DNA of 37,751 nt, from contig JANRLW010000011.1 of NCBI GenBank assembly GCA_033762295.1, positions 1 through 37,751 on the forward strand, read 5' to 3'. The stretch comes from Capsulimonadales bacterium. Lineage in GTDB: Bacteria > Armatimonadota > Armatimonadia > Armatimonadales > Armatimonadaceae. Below are positions 18,285 to 26,741 of the stretch, in pieces. The notes under the pieces are model-generated. The model saw only the letters and a list, made by a program, of their open reading frames with translations, ran no database searches and was not told where the DNA came from. Position 1 is the stretch's first letter. The number at the start of each line of letters is the position of its first letter. A program made the position numbers and the translations under genes.

Positions 18285-18589
18285 TATCGGTTTCCTCCGG
18301 CGCGGAAACCGAAACGGCCCCGCGCCCCATGCAAGAGTTGTTACACTCCCAGGGACGCAGGGCCGTCCGAAAGACGCCTTGCGCGGTACCACCCCGGTTC
18401 GGACGATAACCGTCCGCCCTCTTCTCGCGCTATCGGGCGAAACCCGCTTCGACTCCGGGGCGACGTTCGGCGCGGGTTCTGCGTACGACGGTTTTCAGCC
18501 CTGTCGTGTCCGCACGACAGTCCGTCGCTCTCTGTCGCCGACCGGCAACGCCTACTCTTCCCCTTCCTCGTCGAAGAACGATGAAGTCG
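18285..18589 (-). ncRNA. T-box riboswitch (Val, specifier GUC)
   Basis: Minus strand: GA-motif/AGUA stem I, AGAGAG bulge, GCUGAA loop, GAAC-GUC specifier (18464-18462), T-box AACCGGGGUGGUACCGCG (18399-18382) pairing with CGUCCCUGG; upstream of valS. Confidence 0.92.
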
Positions 18590-18595
18590 TCTTTC

Positions 18596-18625
18596 AGTTT
18601 ATCGCCTGTCGCCGTTTTTCGTCAA
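18596..18625 (-). promoter_or_regulatory. valS leader promoter
   Basis: Minus strand TTGACG-N18-TAAACT just upstream of T-box stem I. Confidence 0.6.
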
Positions 18626-18630
18626 CCGTC

Positions 18631-18670
18631 TCGTTCGCCCCCTTCGATGATTTCCGAAGGGGGTGAACGA
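18631..18670 (-). terminator. Hairpin after carbonic anhydrase
   Basis: TCGTTCGCCCCCTTCG...CGAAGGGGGTGAACGA, 16-bp stem with one mismatch/wobble, 2 nt after the stop. Confidence 0.6.
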
Positions 18671-18672
18671 CG

Positions 18673-19311
18673 CTACTTACCGGTCAGATTATAGATTTTT
18701 TCGATCTCGCGCAGGGCTCCCGGAAAATCCAGGTTGAGGTCCTTCAGGTAGCCGGTACGCAGGTCGAAAATGAGGCCGTGAACGATCGGTAGACCGGTCT
18801 CCTCATAGGCAAGCTGCACCGCCGCCGTCTTGATGACCCCCAGACACTGCTCGAGAACGTTCAGTTCGACCAAACGTTCATAGCGGGCGTCCGGATTCTC
18901 GATGGCATCGAGTTCCTTCTGATGCAGACGGTAGACGTCCCGGATGTTGCGCAGCCAGGGGTTCAGGATCCCCAGGTCGAGCGGTTGCATCGCCGCCTTG
19001 ACGCCGCCGCAGCCGTAATGACCGCAGACGATGATGCTCTTCACCTTCAGGTGACGGACGGCGTAGTTGATGGAGGACATGACGTTCAGGTCGGTGTTGT
19101 TGACAAGATTGGCGACATTCCGGTGGACGAAAACTTCCCCCGGTTCCAGCCCCAGGATCTCGTTTGCGGGAACCCGGCTGTCGGAACAGCCGATGTAGAA
19201 GTACTCCGGCTTTTGTTCGCGGGCGAGGTTTTCGAAGTACGCGTCATCGATCTCGCGCTTGCTGTCGACCCATCGTCGGTTGTTTTCGAACAGCTGCTGA
19301 ATGTCTGGCAT
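18673..19311 (-). CDS. can: Beta-class carbonic anhydrase
   Basis: IGCSDSRVP, FVHRNVAN, CGHYGCGG zinc ligands; start at MPDIQQLFENN. Confidence 0.95.
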   Translation of the reverse strand: MPDIQQLFENNRRWVDSKREIDDAYFENLAREQKPEYFYIGCSDSRVPANEILGLEPGEVFVHRNVANLVNNTDLNVMSSINYAVRHLKVKSIIVCGHYGCGGVKAAMQPLDLGILNPWLRNIRDVYRLHQKELDAIENPDARYERLVELNVLEQCLGVIKTAAVQLAYEETGLPIVHGLIFDLRTGYLKDLNLDFPGALREIEKIYNLTGK

Positions 19312-19367
19312 CTCAATTCTCCCTTGTGACTCTTGTCCGTGACCGAACCGATTTTTAAGCAACACAT

Positions 19368-20396
19368 TTAAAGCAATACATTCTCGACGGGCTGCAGACG
19401 GGGTGGTAGTTCCGTCTCCCCGAGCATCTCTTTCAGGTCCACCTCGATGTTGCGGCAGATGGCCGAGAGCGGCACATCGTTCCCGCCGCCTTCGAACGGG
19501 TCCTCGCTGGCGTCGCCCACCTGTTCCATCGTGTAGAAGACCCAGGCGATCAGCATACTGAAGGGAATGACCAGCCAGGAGGCGTTCCGCCCCAGCGATG
19601 CCATCTCCTTCATCAGGCCGAACGGCAGCAGGAAGATAAACAACTTGACGAACGCGCCGGAAAAGATGGCATACTGGCGGGGGAACGGGAACGACTTGAT
19701 CCGCTCGCAGGCGCCCTGTTGCGCGTAACACTCCGTCACCAGACGCATCAGGTCGCTATGCTCCCAGGCATCGATCCAGCCGTTGTGCTTCAATTCCGCG
19801 ATCTGAGCCGCCTGTTTTGCGAGGAGCGCGGCGGCGACGTTGCTCGGCCGGTTCGGGCCGTTACGCTCGAGCTGGCAGGAAAACTCCGTCAGTATCCGGT
19901 CGATCAGTTCGTCCCCGGCGAGACCGTCCTCCGCGCGAACGTGACGGACCCATTCGATGTGCAGCAGATCCTCCCGCTTGCGCCGATGTGGCGCGGGCCG
20001 CTGCCGAAGCTGGATGCGTAGCGCGTTCGCCCAGGCGATCTGACGGTAGATCAGCTGTTTCACCGTGGCGCGGACGGCCGCGGCGGTCGCGCCGGTCTGC
20101 GGACGATCGACGACGCTCAGAATCAACGCCGCCCAGACGCGACTGGCATTGACGATCGCGCCCCAGATGCGGCGGCCTTCCCAGAGCCGGTCGTAGGACG
20201 AATTGTTCTTGAACCCGACGTAAAACGCGACAGCGGTGCCGATGGTGGCGATCGGAAGAAAGGGAACCGAAAGAAACTTCCAGCCCATCCATTCATATCC
20301 GAAATACACCGCACTGCTGACGGCCGTCGCCTGAAGAAGGTTAGTGCCGGCCCAGAACCAGATGGTTCCGGGTCCGAAACGGTTGCCAACGTACAT
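19368..20396 (-). CDS. Bacterial bestrophin-family anion channel
   Basis: FKNNSSYDRLWEGRRIWGAIVNASR, CERIKSFPFPRQY, LLPFGL, EDPFE...NDVPLSAICRNIE. Confidence 0.92.
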   Translation of the reverse strand: MYVGNRFGPGTIWFWAGTNLLQATAVSSAVYFGYEWMGWKFLSVPFLPIATIGTAVAFYVGFKNNSSYDRLWEGRRIWGAIVNASRVWAALILSVVDRPQTGATAAAVRATVKQLIYRQIAWANALRIQLRQRPAPHRRKREDLLHIEWVRHVRAEDGLAGDELIDRILTEFSCQLERNGPNRPSNVAAALLAKQAAQIAELKHNGWIDAWEHSDLMRLVTECYAQQGACERIKSFPFPRQYAIFSGAFVKLFIFLLPFGLMKEMASLGRNASWLVIPFSMLIAWVFYTMEQVGDASEDPFEGGGNDVPLSAICRNIEVDLKEMLGETELPPRLQPVENVLL

Positions 20397-20554
20397 TCCT
20401 AGCCCGATCTACGGTTGCTGACGGCGAAACCGGTATAAAATAATCCCAGGCGCACTGGTGAATAGTACGTGTGAATTGTACCCGGTATTGCAACCATTTT
20501 GCAGACCAAACCGGTGGCGCGGGTTCCCCGACGGGAAAGGAATCAGGAGGGACG

Positions 20555-21577
20555 ATGCGGACGGTCCGAATCTTCGACAGGCGAACATGCGAAATAGCGG
20601 AACGACCGGACCCGATGCCGAGCGGCGATCTGGTTGTCGTTAAGAATCTGGTGGCGCCGATGTGCACCGAGTATAAATCCTACGATGCCGGCCATGCTTC
20701 CGAGAACCTCGGTCATGAAGCGGCGGGCGAGATCTTGGAGGTCGCGCAGCCGGGCCGTGTGCGGGTCGGGGATCGTGTGGTGGTCATGCCGCAATACCCG
20801 TGCGGCGTCTGCTCCCTGTGCGTTACCGGGGATTACATCCATTGCCAGTCCGGCGTCGATCCCCTGCGAACCAGCGGAAATCGCACCGGCACCGCCACCT
20901 ATGCGACGCATGTCCTGAAGCCCGACTGGCTGCTCCTGCCCGTGCCCGACGACATTCCGCTCGAACATGCCGCGATGGCCTGTTGCGGTCTCGGCCCGAC
21001 CTTCGGCGCGATGCAACGGATGCGGGTGACCGCTCTCGACACGGTGCTGATCACCGGGCTCGGGCCGGTAGGGCTCGGCGGGGTCGTTAACGCCGTCTTT
21101 CGGAACGCACGGGTGATCGGTGTCGAAAGCCATCCCTACCGCGCGCAACTCGCGCTCGAACTCGGGGCCGCCGCGGTCGTCGACCCGAACGACAACCCCA
21201 TACACCGGATTCGTGAACTGACCGACGGTCGGTATCCCTCGGTCGGTATCGACTGCTCCGGGTCGGCGGCCGCACAGCGGCTGCTGATCGATTGCGTCCG
21301 ACGGCGCGGGCAGGTGACGTTTGTCGGCGAAGCGGGAGACCTGACCGTCCATGTCAGCAATGACCTGATCCGAAAAGGGTTGACGCTCCACGGACAGTGG
21401 CACTACAACCTCGGCGAGGCCCCCGCCCTCTTCGAAGTGATCCGTCGTTCCGCCGCCCGGATCGACCGAATGATCACTCATACCTTTCCGTTGGAACGGG
21501 TCAGGGACGCCTTCGAACGGCAGTTGACCGGAAATTGCGGGAAGGTTCTGCTGAAACCTTGGGAGGCTAACGCGTAA
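20555..21577 (+). CDS. Zn-dependent medium-chain dehydrogenase (sugar/polyol dehydrogenase-like)
   Basis: GHE catalytic motif, CGVCSLC...C structural Zn, GLGPVG; ATG behind AGGAGG. Confidence 0.9.
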   Translation: MRTVRIFDRRTCEIAERPDPMPSGDLVVVKNLVAPMCTEYKSYDAGHASENLGHEAAGEILEVAQPGRVRVGDRVVVMPQYPCGVCSLCVTGDYIHCQSGVDPLRTSGNRTGTATYATHVLKPDWLLLPVPDDIPLEHAAMACCGLGPTFGAMQRMRVTALDTVLITGLGPVGLGGVVNAVFRNARVIGVESHPYRAQLALELGAAAVVDPNDNPIHRIRELTDGRYPSVGIDCSGSAAAQRLLIDCVRRRGQVTFVGEAGDLTVHVSNDLIRKGLTLHGQWHYNLGEAPALFEVIRRSAARIDRMITHTFPLERVRDAFERQLTGNCGKVLLKPWEANA

Positions 21578-21581
21578 CCGT

Positions 21582-22550
21582 ATGGAATACCGACCGCTCG
21601 GAAAAACCGGTCTTTCCGTTTCGATTCTCGGACTGGGCGCTTCGCCGTTCGGCAACGTTTTCGGAAACGTGGAACAGGCCGATGCGGACCGCTGTATCCG
21701 CGCCGCCCTCGACGGCGGAATCAACTACCTCGATGTCGCGCCGTTTTACGGATTGACCCGCGCCGAAACCGTCCTGGGAAAGGCATTGAAGGGCGTTCGC
21801 CGGGACCGGTACCTTCTTTCGACCAAGGTGGGCCGGTATGGACCGCTCGACTTCGATTTCTCGGGGGAACGGGTCACCGCCAGCGTCGAGGAGAGCCTGC
21901 AACGTCTGGGCGTGTCCTATATCGATATCATTCTCTGCCACGACATCGAGTTCGGTTCGGCGGATCAGATCGTCGGCGAAACGCTGCCGGCGTTGCGCAC
22001 AATCGTCGACAGCGGGAAGGCGCGATTCGTCGGTTTTTCCGGTCTGCCGTTAACCCTGTTCCCCCGGATTCTGGATCGAGCGGATCACCGACTGGTGCAG
22101 GTCATTCTCTCGTATTGCCACTACACGCTGCAGGACTCCTCGCTTGAGGGATACCTGGCGTATCTGACCTCGCGGGGGGTCGGGATCATCAATGCGTCAC
22201 CGCTCGGAATGGGGTTGCTGCAGGCAAGGCGACCGATAGCGGACTGGCATCCCGCGCCTCCGGAGGTTCGCGACGCCTGTCGGGCGGCGGCGGCGTTCTG
22301 CACGGAGCATGGCGTCGAACTTTCCGACCTGGCCCTCGCGTTTTCCACGGCGCGTCCGCAGATCGCCACCACCCTGGTCGGAGCCGGTTCCGCGGAGGAG
22401 ATCGAACGCAATATCGCGGCGGTGGAAACGACGCCGGACCCGGCGCTCCTGGCGCGGGTCCGGCAGATTCTCGAACCGGTACGCGATCGGTCCTGGGGCA
22501 GTGGGCGTCCGGAGAACGATCCGCTGTACGGCGGCAGCGTCCCGGGCTGA
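21582..22550 (+). CDS. Aldo/keto reductase (L-galactose/D-arabinose dehydrogenase-like)
   Basis: YRPLGKTGL.VS.LGLG, DVAPFYG, STKVGRY, SLQRLG..YID...CHDIE. Confidence 0.9.
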   Translation: MEYRPLGKTGLSVSILGLGASPFGNVFGNVEQADADRCIRAALDGGINYLDVAPFYGLTRAETVLGKALKGVRRDRYLLSTKVGRYGPLDFDFSGERVTASVEESLQRLGVSYIDIILCHDIEFGSADQIVGETLPALRTIVDSGKARFVGFSGLPLTLFPRILDRADHRLVQVILSYCHYTLQDSSLEGYLAYLTSRGVGIINASPLGMGLLQARRPIADWHPAPPEVRDACRAAAAFCTEHGVELSDLALAFSTARPQIATTLVGAGSAEEIERNIAAVETTPDPALLARVRQILEPVRDRSWGSGRPENDPLYGGSVPG

Positions 22551-22569
22551 GACCGCTATTCCGGGATCG

Positions 22570-23742
22570 TTATTTCGACAGCGATAGTTCGCCGGTTCCC
22601 AGAAGCGCCGCATGGAGCGCCTCCAGCACATAGTCCGTGTCTTCCTCCGTCATGTTGGCCGACAGCGGAAGCCGCAGGAGAGACGCGCTGACATGATCCG
22701 TGATCGGCAGGTGCGGTACGGCGTCGCCGAAGTACTCTTGCATATAGGGCGAGGAATGCAGCGGAACATAGTGGAACGTCGCCTCCACTCCCCATTTCCG
22801 CATCCGGGCAAGGACCTCATCCCGGCGTCCGTTCTCGATCAACAGACCGAAGATGTGGGCGTTGTTACTTGCTTTGGGATGGAAATACGGACGCCGAACC
22901 AGACCGTATTCCTCCAGATGGCGAGTTCCGGCGAAGTAACGGTTCCAGATCGTCAGACGTGCGCCATTGATCTCCTCCATCCGTTCCAGTTGCACCTTCA
23001 AGAGTGCGGCCAGCGGGTCGGGCAGGATGAAGCTGTTACCCAGACCGATCCAGGTATATTTGTCCACCTCACCACGGAGGAACGCCGCCCGATTGGTTCC
23101 CTTTTCCCGGATGATCTCGGCTTTTCGCGCCAGCGCGTCATTCCGGGTGAGAAAGGCTCCTCCCTCACCGCAGACGATATTTTTGGTCGCATGGAAGCTG
23201 AAACAGCCGACATCGCCGAACGTTCCGAGCGGTTGGTCGTTCCAGGTTGCTCCGACGGCCTGCGCGGCATCTTCCAGAACGTACAGACCGTTCTCCCGGG
23301 CGATTCGGAGGATTTCGTCCATATCGCAGCCCTGACCGGCGTAATGCACCGGCAGGAGGCAACGGGTGCGCGGCGTCAGGGCTTCCCGGATCTTTTCCGG
23401 ATCGATGTTGAACGTCCGAGGGTCGATATCGACGAAGACGGGACGCGCGCCCTGTCGCAGGACGACATTGGCGGTCGAGGTGAAGGTAAAGCTCGGAAGA
23501 ATGATTTCGTCGTCCGGCTTCAGGTCCATGGCCATCAGCGCGATTTCCAGAGCGTGAGTACAACTGGAGGTGAGAAGCGCGTATGGCACCGCCGTCCGTT
23601 GACGCAGGATGGCTTCCGCCTCCCGACAGTTCGCTCCGTTTCCGGAGAGCGAACCGAACAGCCCCTTTTCCCAGGCCGATTTTTCGTCCGGTCCGATGGT
23701 CGGCGCGGAAAACGGAATGCGCCGCATAGCAATGTGGTTCAT
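22570..23742 (-). CDS. rffA: DegT/DnrJ family aminotransferase, dTDP-4-amino-4,6-dideoxygalactose transaminase-like
   Basis: SCTHALE, PSFTFTSTAN, VHYAG, EDAAQ, SFHATKN..CGEGG, REKGTNR..F.RGEVDKYTW, FHYVPLHSS. Confidence 0.85.
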   Translation of the reverse strand: MNHIAMRRIPFSAPTIGPDEKSAWEKGLFGSLSGNGANCREAEAILRQRTAVPYALLTSSCTHALEIALMAMDLKPDDEIILPSFTFTSTANVVLRQGARPVFVDIDPRTFNIDPEKIREALTPRTRCLLPVHYAGQGCDMDEILRIARENGLYVLEDAAQAVGATWNDQPLGTFGDVGCFSFHATKNIVCGEGGAFLTRNDALARKAEIIREKGTNRAAFLRGEVDKYTWIGLGNSFILPDPLAALLKVQLERMEEINGARLTIWNRYFAGTRHLEEYGLVRRPYFHPKASNNAHIFGLLIENGRRDEVLARMRKWGVEATFHYVPLHSSPYMQEYFGDAVPHLPITDHVSASLLRLPLSANMTEEDTDYVLEALHAALLGTGELSLSK

Positions 23743-23951
23743 TATGCTTGCCCCCTGATGTGTCTCCCTGTCATCGCGCCGGAAATCGTAAAATCGCCAT
23801 TAAATTTCCGGCGGTGCACCCATGATAACAACGAATCGTCCGATCTGCACTGTTCAATTTACTAAATTTTTATTAAATTTTCAATAATCAGGAAGGGGTC
23901 TCGCAAATTTATTTTTCCCGAGTTTACCGGTCGAAAATGTTGCAAAATCCC

Positions 23952-23981
23952 TTGCCGAACGGGCCGGGTTCGTACTATGAT
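23952..23981 (+). promoter_or_regulatory. Putative peroxiredoxin promoter
   Basis: TTGCCG-N18-TATGAT downstream of an AT-rich tract. Confidence 0.4.
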
Positions 23982-24093
23982 GGTCGAAAGGTCCGAACCG
24001 ACCTCCGGGGTCGCCGCGTTTTCTCCTGTTCACTCCTGACGGTGCGGCCCGCCGGGGGAGCGCTGCCGGTCGGATCAACGAAAGGAAACCGAT

Positions 24094-24729
24094 ATGTCCG
24101 TCCGCCTGGGCGATACCGCGCCCGATTTCGAACAGGAGTCGACCGAGGGGGTCGTCCGATTCCACGACTGGATCGGCGATAGCTGGGCCGTTCTCTTCTC
24201 CCACCCGAAGGATTTCACCCCGGTCTGTACGACCGAACTGGGAACCGTCGCCCGGCTCAAACCCGAATTCGACCGCCGCAACGTCAAAGTCATCGGGCTG
24301 AGCGTCGATCCCCTGACCGACCATGCCGGTTGGTCGAAAGATATCGAGGAGACACAGGGAATCGCCCTCAACTTCCCCCTGCTGGCCGATGCCGACCGCA
24401 AGGTGGCCGAACTCTACGAGATGATTCACCCGAACGCCGACAATACCTTCACCGTTCGCTCGGTCTTCGTCATCGGGCCGGATAAGAAGGTCAAGTTGAT
24501 CCTGACCTATCCCGCAAGCACCGGCCGCAATTTCACCGAACTTTTGCGCGTGATCGATTCGTTGCAGTTGACCGCCCGCTACAAGGTCGCCACCCCCGCC
24601 GACTGGCAGAACGGGCAGGACTGCATTATCGTGCCGACGGTCAGCAACGAGGAGGCGCAATCTCTGTTTCCGAAAGGGTATAAAGAGATCAAACCCTATC
24701 TGCGCACCACACCGCAACCGGACCTTTAA
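24094..24729 (+). CDS. 1-Cys peroxiredoxin (Prx6 subfamily)
   Basis: FSHPKDFTPVCTTE, YPASTGRNF.E.LR..DSLQL, ATPADW. Confidence 0.96.
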   Translation: MSVRLGDTAPDFEQESTEGVVRFHDWIGDSWAVLFSHPKDFTPVCTTELGTVARLKPEFDRRNVKVIGLSVDPLTDHAGWSKDIEETQGIALNFPLLADADRKVAELYEMIHPNADNTFTVRSVFVIGPDKKVKLILTYPASTGRNFTELLRVIDSLQLTARYKVATPADWQNGQDCIIVPTVSNEEAQSLFPKGYKEIKPYLRTTPQPDL

Positions 24730-24731
24730 CG

Positions 24732-25325
24732 ATGATTTCCGTTCCCGCCTTTCCCCGTACCGTTTCCGTTGCCCTCGGCCAGGCATGGCGTCCGACCCCG
24801 GAGGAAGGATTCCGCCCCGGAACCGTACGCCTTGCCTGGAAACCCGGCAAGCTGGTGGTCCATGCCGAACTGATCGACGATGCGATCCATACGCGGGCGA
24901 AGGGCTTCAACGAACGGCTCTGGGAACTGGGCGATACCTTTGAAATGTTCCTTCGCCCCCTTCCCGACGAGGCGTACCTGGAGTACCATGTCGCACCCGG
25001 AAACCATGTGCTTCAGCTCCGGTTTCCGAGCGACCGGGTCATTCGGGGACAACGGGACGGTTCCGATCCGCGTCCGCCCGAGGCCTTTCTCATTCCGAAA
25101 AAGGCATTTGAGAGCGAGACGCAGATCGGAAAAGGAAAATGGGAGGTGCGTGCCACCATTCCCGATGCCTCCGTCCGGTTGGGGCGGCAGTGGAAGTTCT
25201 CGTTCAGCCGCTACGATGCCACGCCGCACCGGGAGCACGCCATCCTGTCCTCCACCTCCGCCCATACGGTCGTCGATTTTCACGATCAATCGGCCTGGAA
25301 AACCCTGGTCTTCGCCCAGGAATAA
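24732..25325 (+). CDS. Hypothetical protein, CBM9/DOMON-like sugar-binding fold
   Basis: LWELGDTFEMFL...YLEYHVAP.N, W.V...IP, DFHD motifs resemble CBM9-like proteins. Confidence 0.55.
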   Translation: MISVPAFPRTVSVALGQAWRPTPEEGFRPGTVRLAWKPGKLVVHAELIDDAIHTRAKGFNERLWELGDTFEMFLRPLPDEAYLEYHVAPGNHVLQLRFPSDRVIRGQRDGSDPRPPEAFLIPKKAFESETQIGKGKWEVRATIPDASVRLGRQWKFSFSRYDATPHREHAILSSTSAHTVVDFHDQSAWKTLVFAQE

Positions 25326-25393
25326 AACGTCGGTCCCCGCATCCCTTCGACCCGAAGCGACCGTGACGCCCGGTTTCGGGATATAATCCTGCC

Positions 25394-26650
25394 ATGTTCG
25401 GAAGGGACCGGGCGACCCCGGTGGCGGACACACCCGCCACCCTGCCGCAGATGGCGATGCTGCTCATGCTGGGATGGGCGCTGACCAATATCGCCTACGC
25501 CATTTACGACCTCCCGTTGAAGTTCGTCCTGAAGGATGAACTGGGACTCAACGCACAGCAAATCTCCTCGTTCTTCGCACTGGGCGTCTTTACCAATTAC
25601 ATCAAGCCGCTCGCCGGAACCTTGATCGACAGTGTCCCTCTTTTCGGGACGCGTCGGCGCTGGTACCTGCTGATCAGTCTCTTTCTCTGCGGTGTCGGCT
25701 GGCTGATTCTCGGGGTGGTCCCTCGCCGGTATGACATCATGCTGGTGACGTTCGCGCTGACGTACTCGATGGTCATGGTAATCAGCACCACTCTCGGCGG
25801 TGTGATGGTCGAAACCGCCCAGCGATTCGATGCCGCGGGTCGCCTGACCGCGCAGCGTATCGCCATGTTCCGGGTCGGAACGCTGACCGGCGGCCCGCTC
25901 GGCGGCGTCCTCGCGACTCTTCCCCTCCTCGTGACGCTGTCCCTGTCCGCGGCCTTACACTTCGTTCTGATACCGATCGTCCTGACCCGATTGCGCGAAC
26001 CGCAGGTCGCCCGCGCCAACCCACGGCTCTGGGTCGAGGCGGCAAGTCAGTTCCGGGGGTTGGTCCGTAGTCGAACCGTCCTTGCCGCCGCCGGGATGAT
26101 CTGCCTGATCGCCGCGTCGCCGGGATTCGGGACGCCGTTGCTGTTCTTTCAGACCGACACCCTCAGGTTTTCCAAACCCTTTCTCGGGTTGCTCACACTG
26201 GTCGGCGCGGCATCCGGTCTCCTTGCCGCCGCCGTCTACCACCGGGTCTGCCAGCGACTCAGCATGCGTAAGGTTCTCCTCGGCAGTATCATCGTCCATG
26301 CCGTCGGAACCCTGTTTTACCTCCTCTACCGGGACAGCGTGTCCGCACTGCTGATCACCGTCCTCGAAGGGGTGACACTGACACTGGCGATGCTCCCGGT
26401 CTACGATCTCGCCGCGCGAGGAACGCCGAAGGGGAGCGAGGCGCTGGGTTACTCGGTGATGATGAGCGTCTGGAATCTTACCAACTCCCTGTCGGATTTT
26501 GTCGGTTCGTCGCTTTTCTCCCGGTTCGGCCTCACCTTTTCCGATCTGGTCTGGCTCAATTCCGGGACGACGGCGCTGGTTCTGCTGGCGATTCCGCTGC
26601 TGCCGAAAGCCTTGCTGGACGAACGGGACGGTCACAGGTTATCGTCCTGA
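25394..26650 (+). CDS. MFS transporter (folate-biopterin/BT1-like)
   Basis: About 12 hydrophobic segments; IKPLAG.LIDSVPLFGTRRRWY and PKGSEALGYS..MS motifs. Confidence 0.85.
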   Translation: MFGRDRATPVADTPATLPQMAMLLMLGWALTNIAYAIYDLPLKFVLKDELGLNAQQISSFFALGVFTNYIKPLAGTLIDSVPLFGTRRRWYLLISLFLCGVGWLILGVVPRRYDIMLVTFALTYSMVMVISTTLGGVMVETAQRFDAAGRLTAQRIAMFRVGTLTGGPLGGVLATLPLLVTLSLSAALHFVLIPIVLTRLREPQVARANPRLWVEAASQFRGLVRSRTVLAAAGMICLIAASPGFGTPLLFFQTDTLRFSKPFLGLLTLVGAASGLLAAAVYHRVCQRLSMRKVLLGSIIVHAVGTLFYLLYRDSVSALLITVLEGVTLTLAMLPVYDLAARGTPKGSEALGYSVMMSVWNLTNSLSDFVGSSLFSRFGLTFSDLVWLNSGTTALVLLAIPLLPKALLDERDGHRLSS

Positions 26651-26741
26651 AATTTTCCCTGTTCGATACAGGCAATTTACGCCGGTTAAGGATATAATCG
26701 GCACATCAATCCGAGGACGGATAGATTCGGGGGGAACGACG

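Noticed and set aside
18285..18392. Extended valS N-terminus in the ORF track
   Set aside because: This region is the T-box expression platform; a strong SD precedes ATG 18284
19312..19731. N-terminal extension of carbonic anhydrase suggesting a bestrophin-CA fusion or frameshift
   Set aside because: Bestrophin ends with a normal C-terminus and stop, and CA has its own start at 19311 behind a purine-rich SD-like tract
23982..24093. GC-rich peroxiredoxin leader as a riboswitch
   Set aside because: Only short hairpins; no recognisable aptamer consensus
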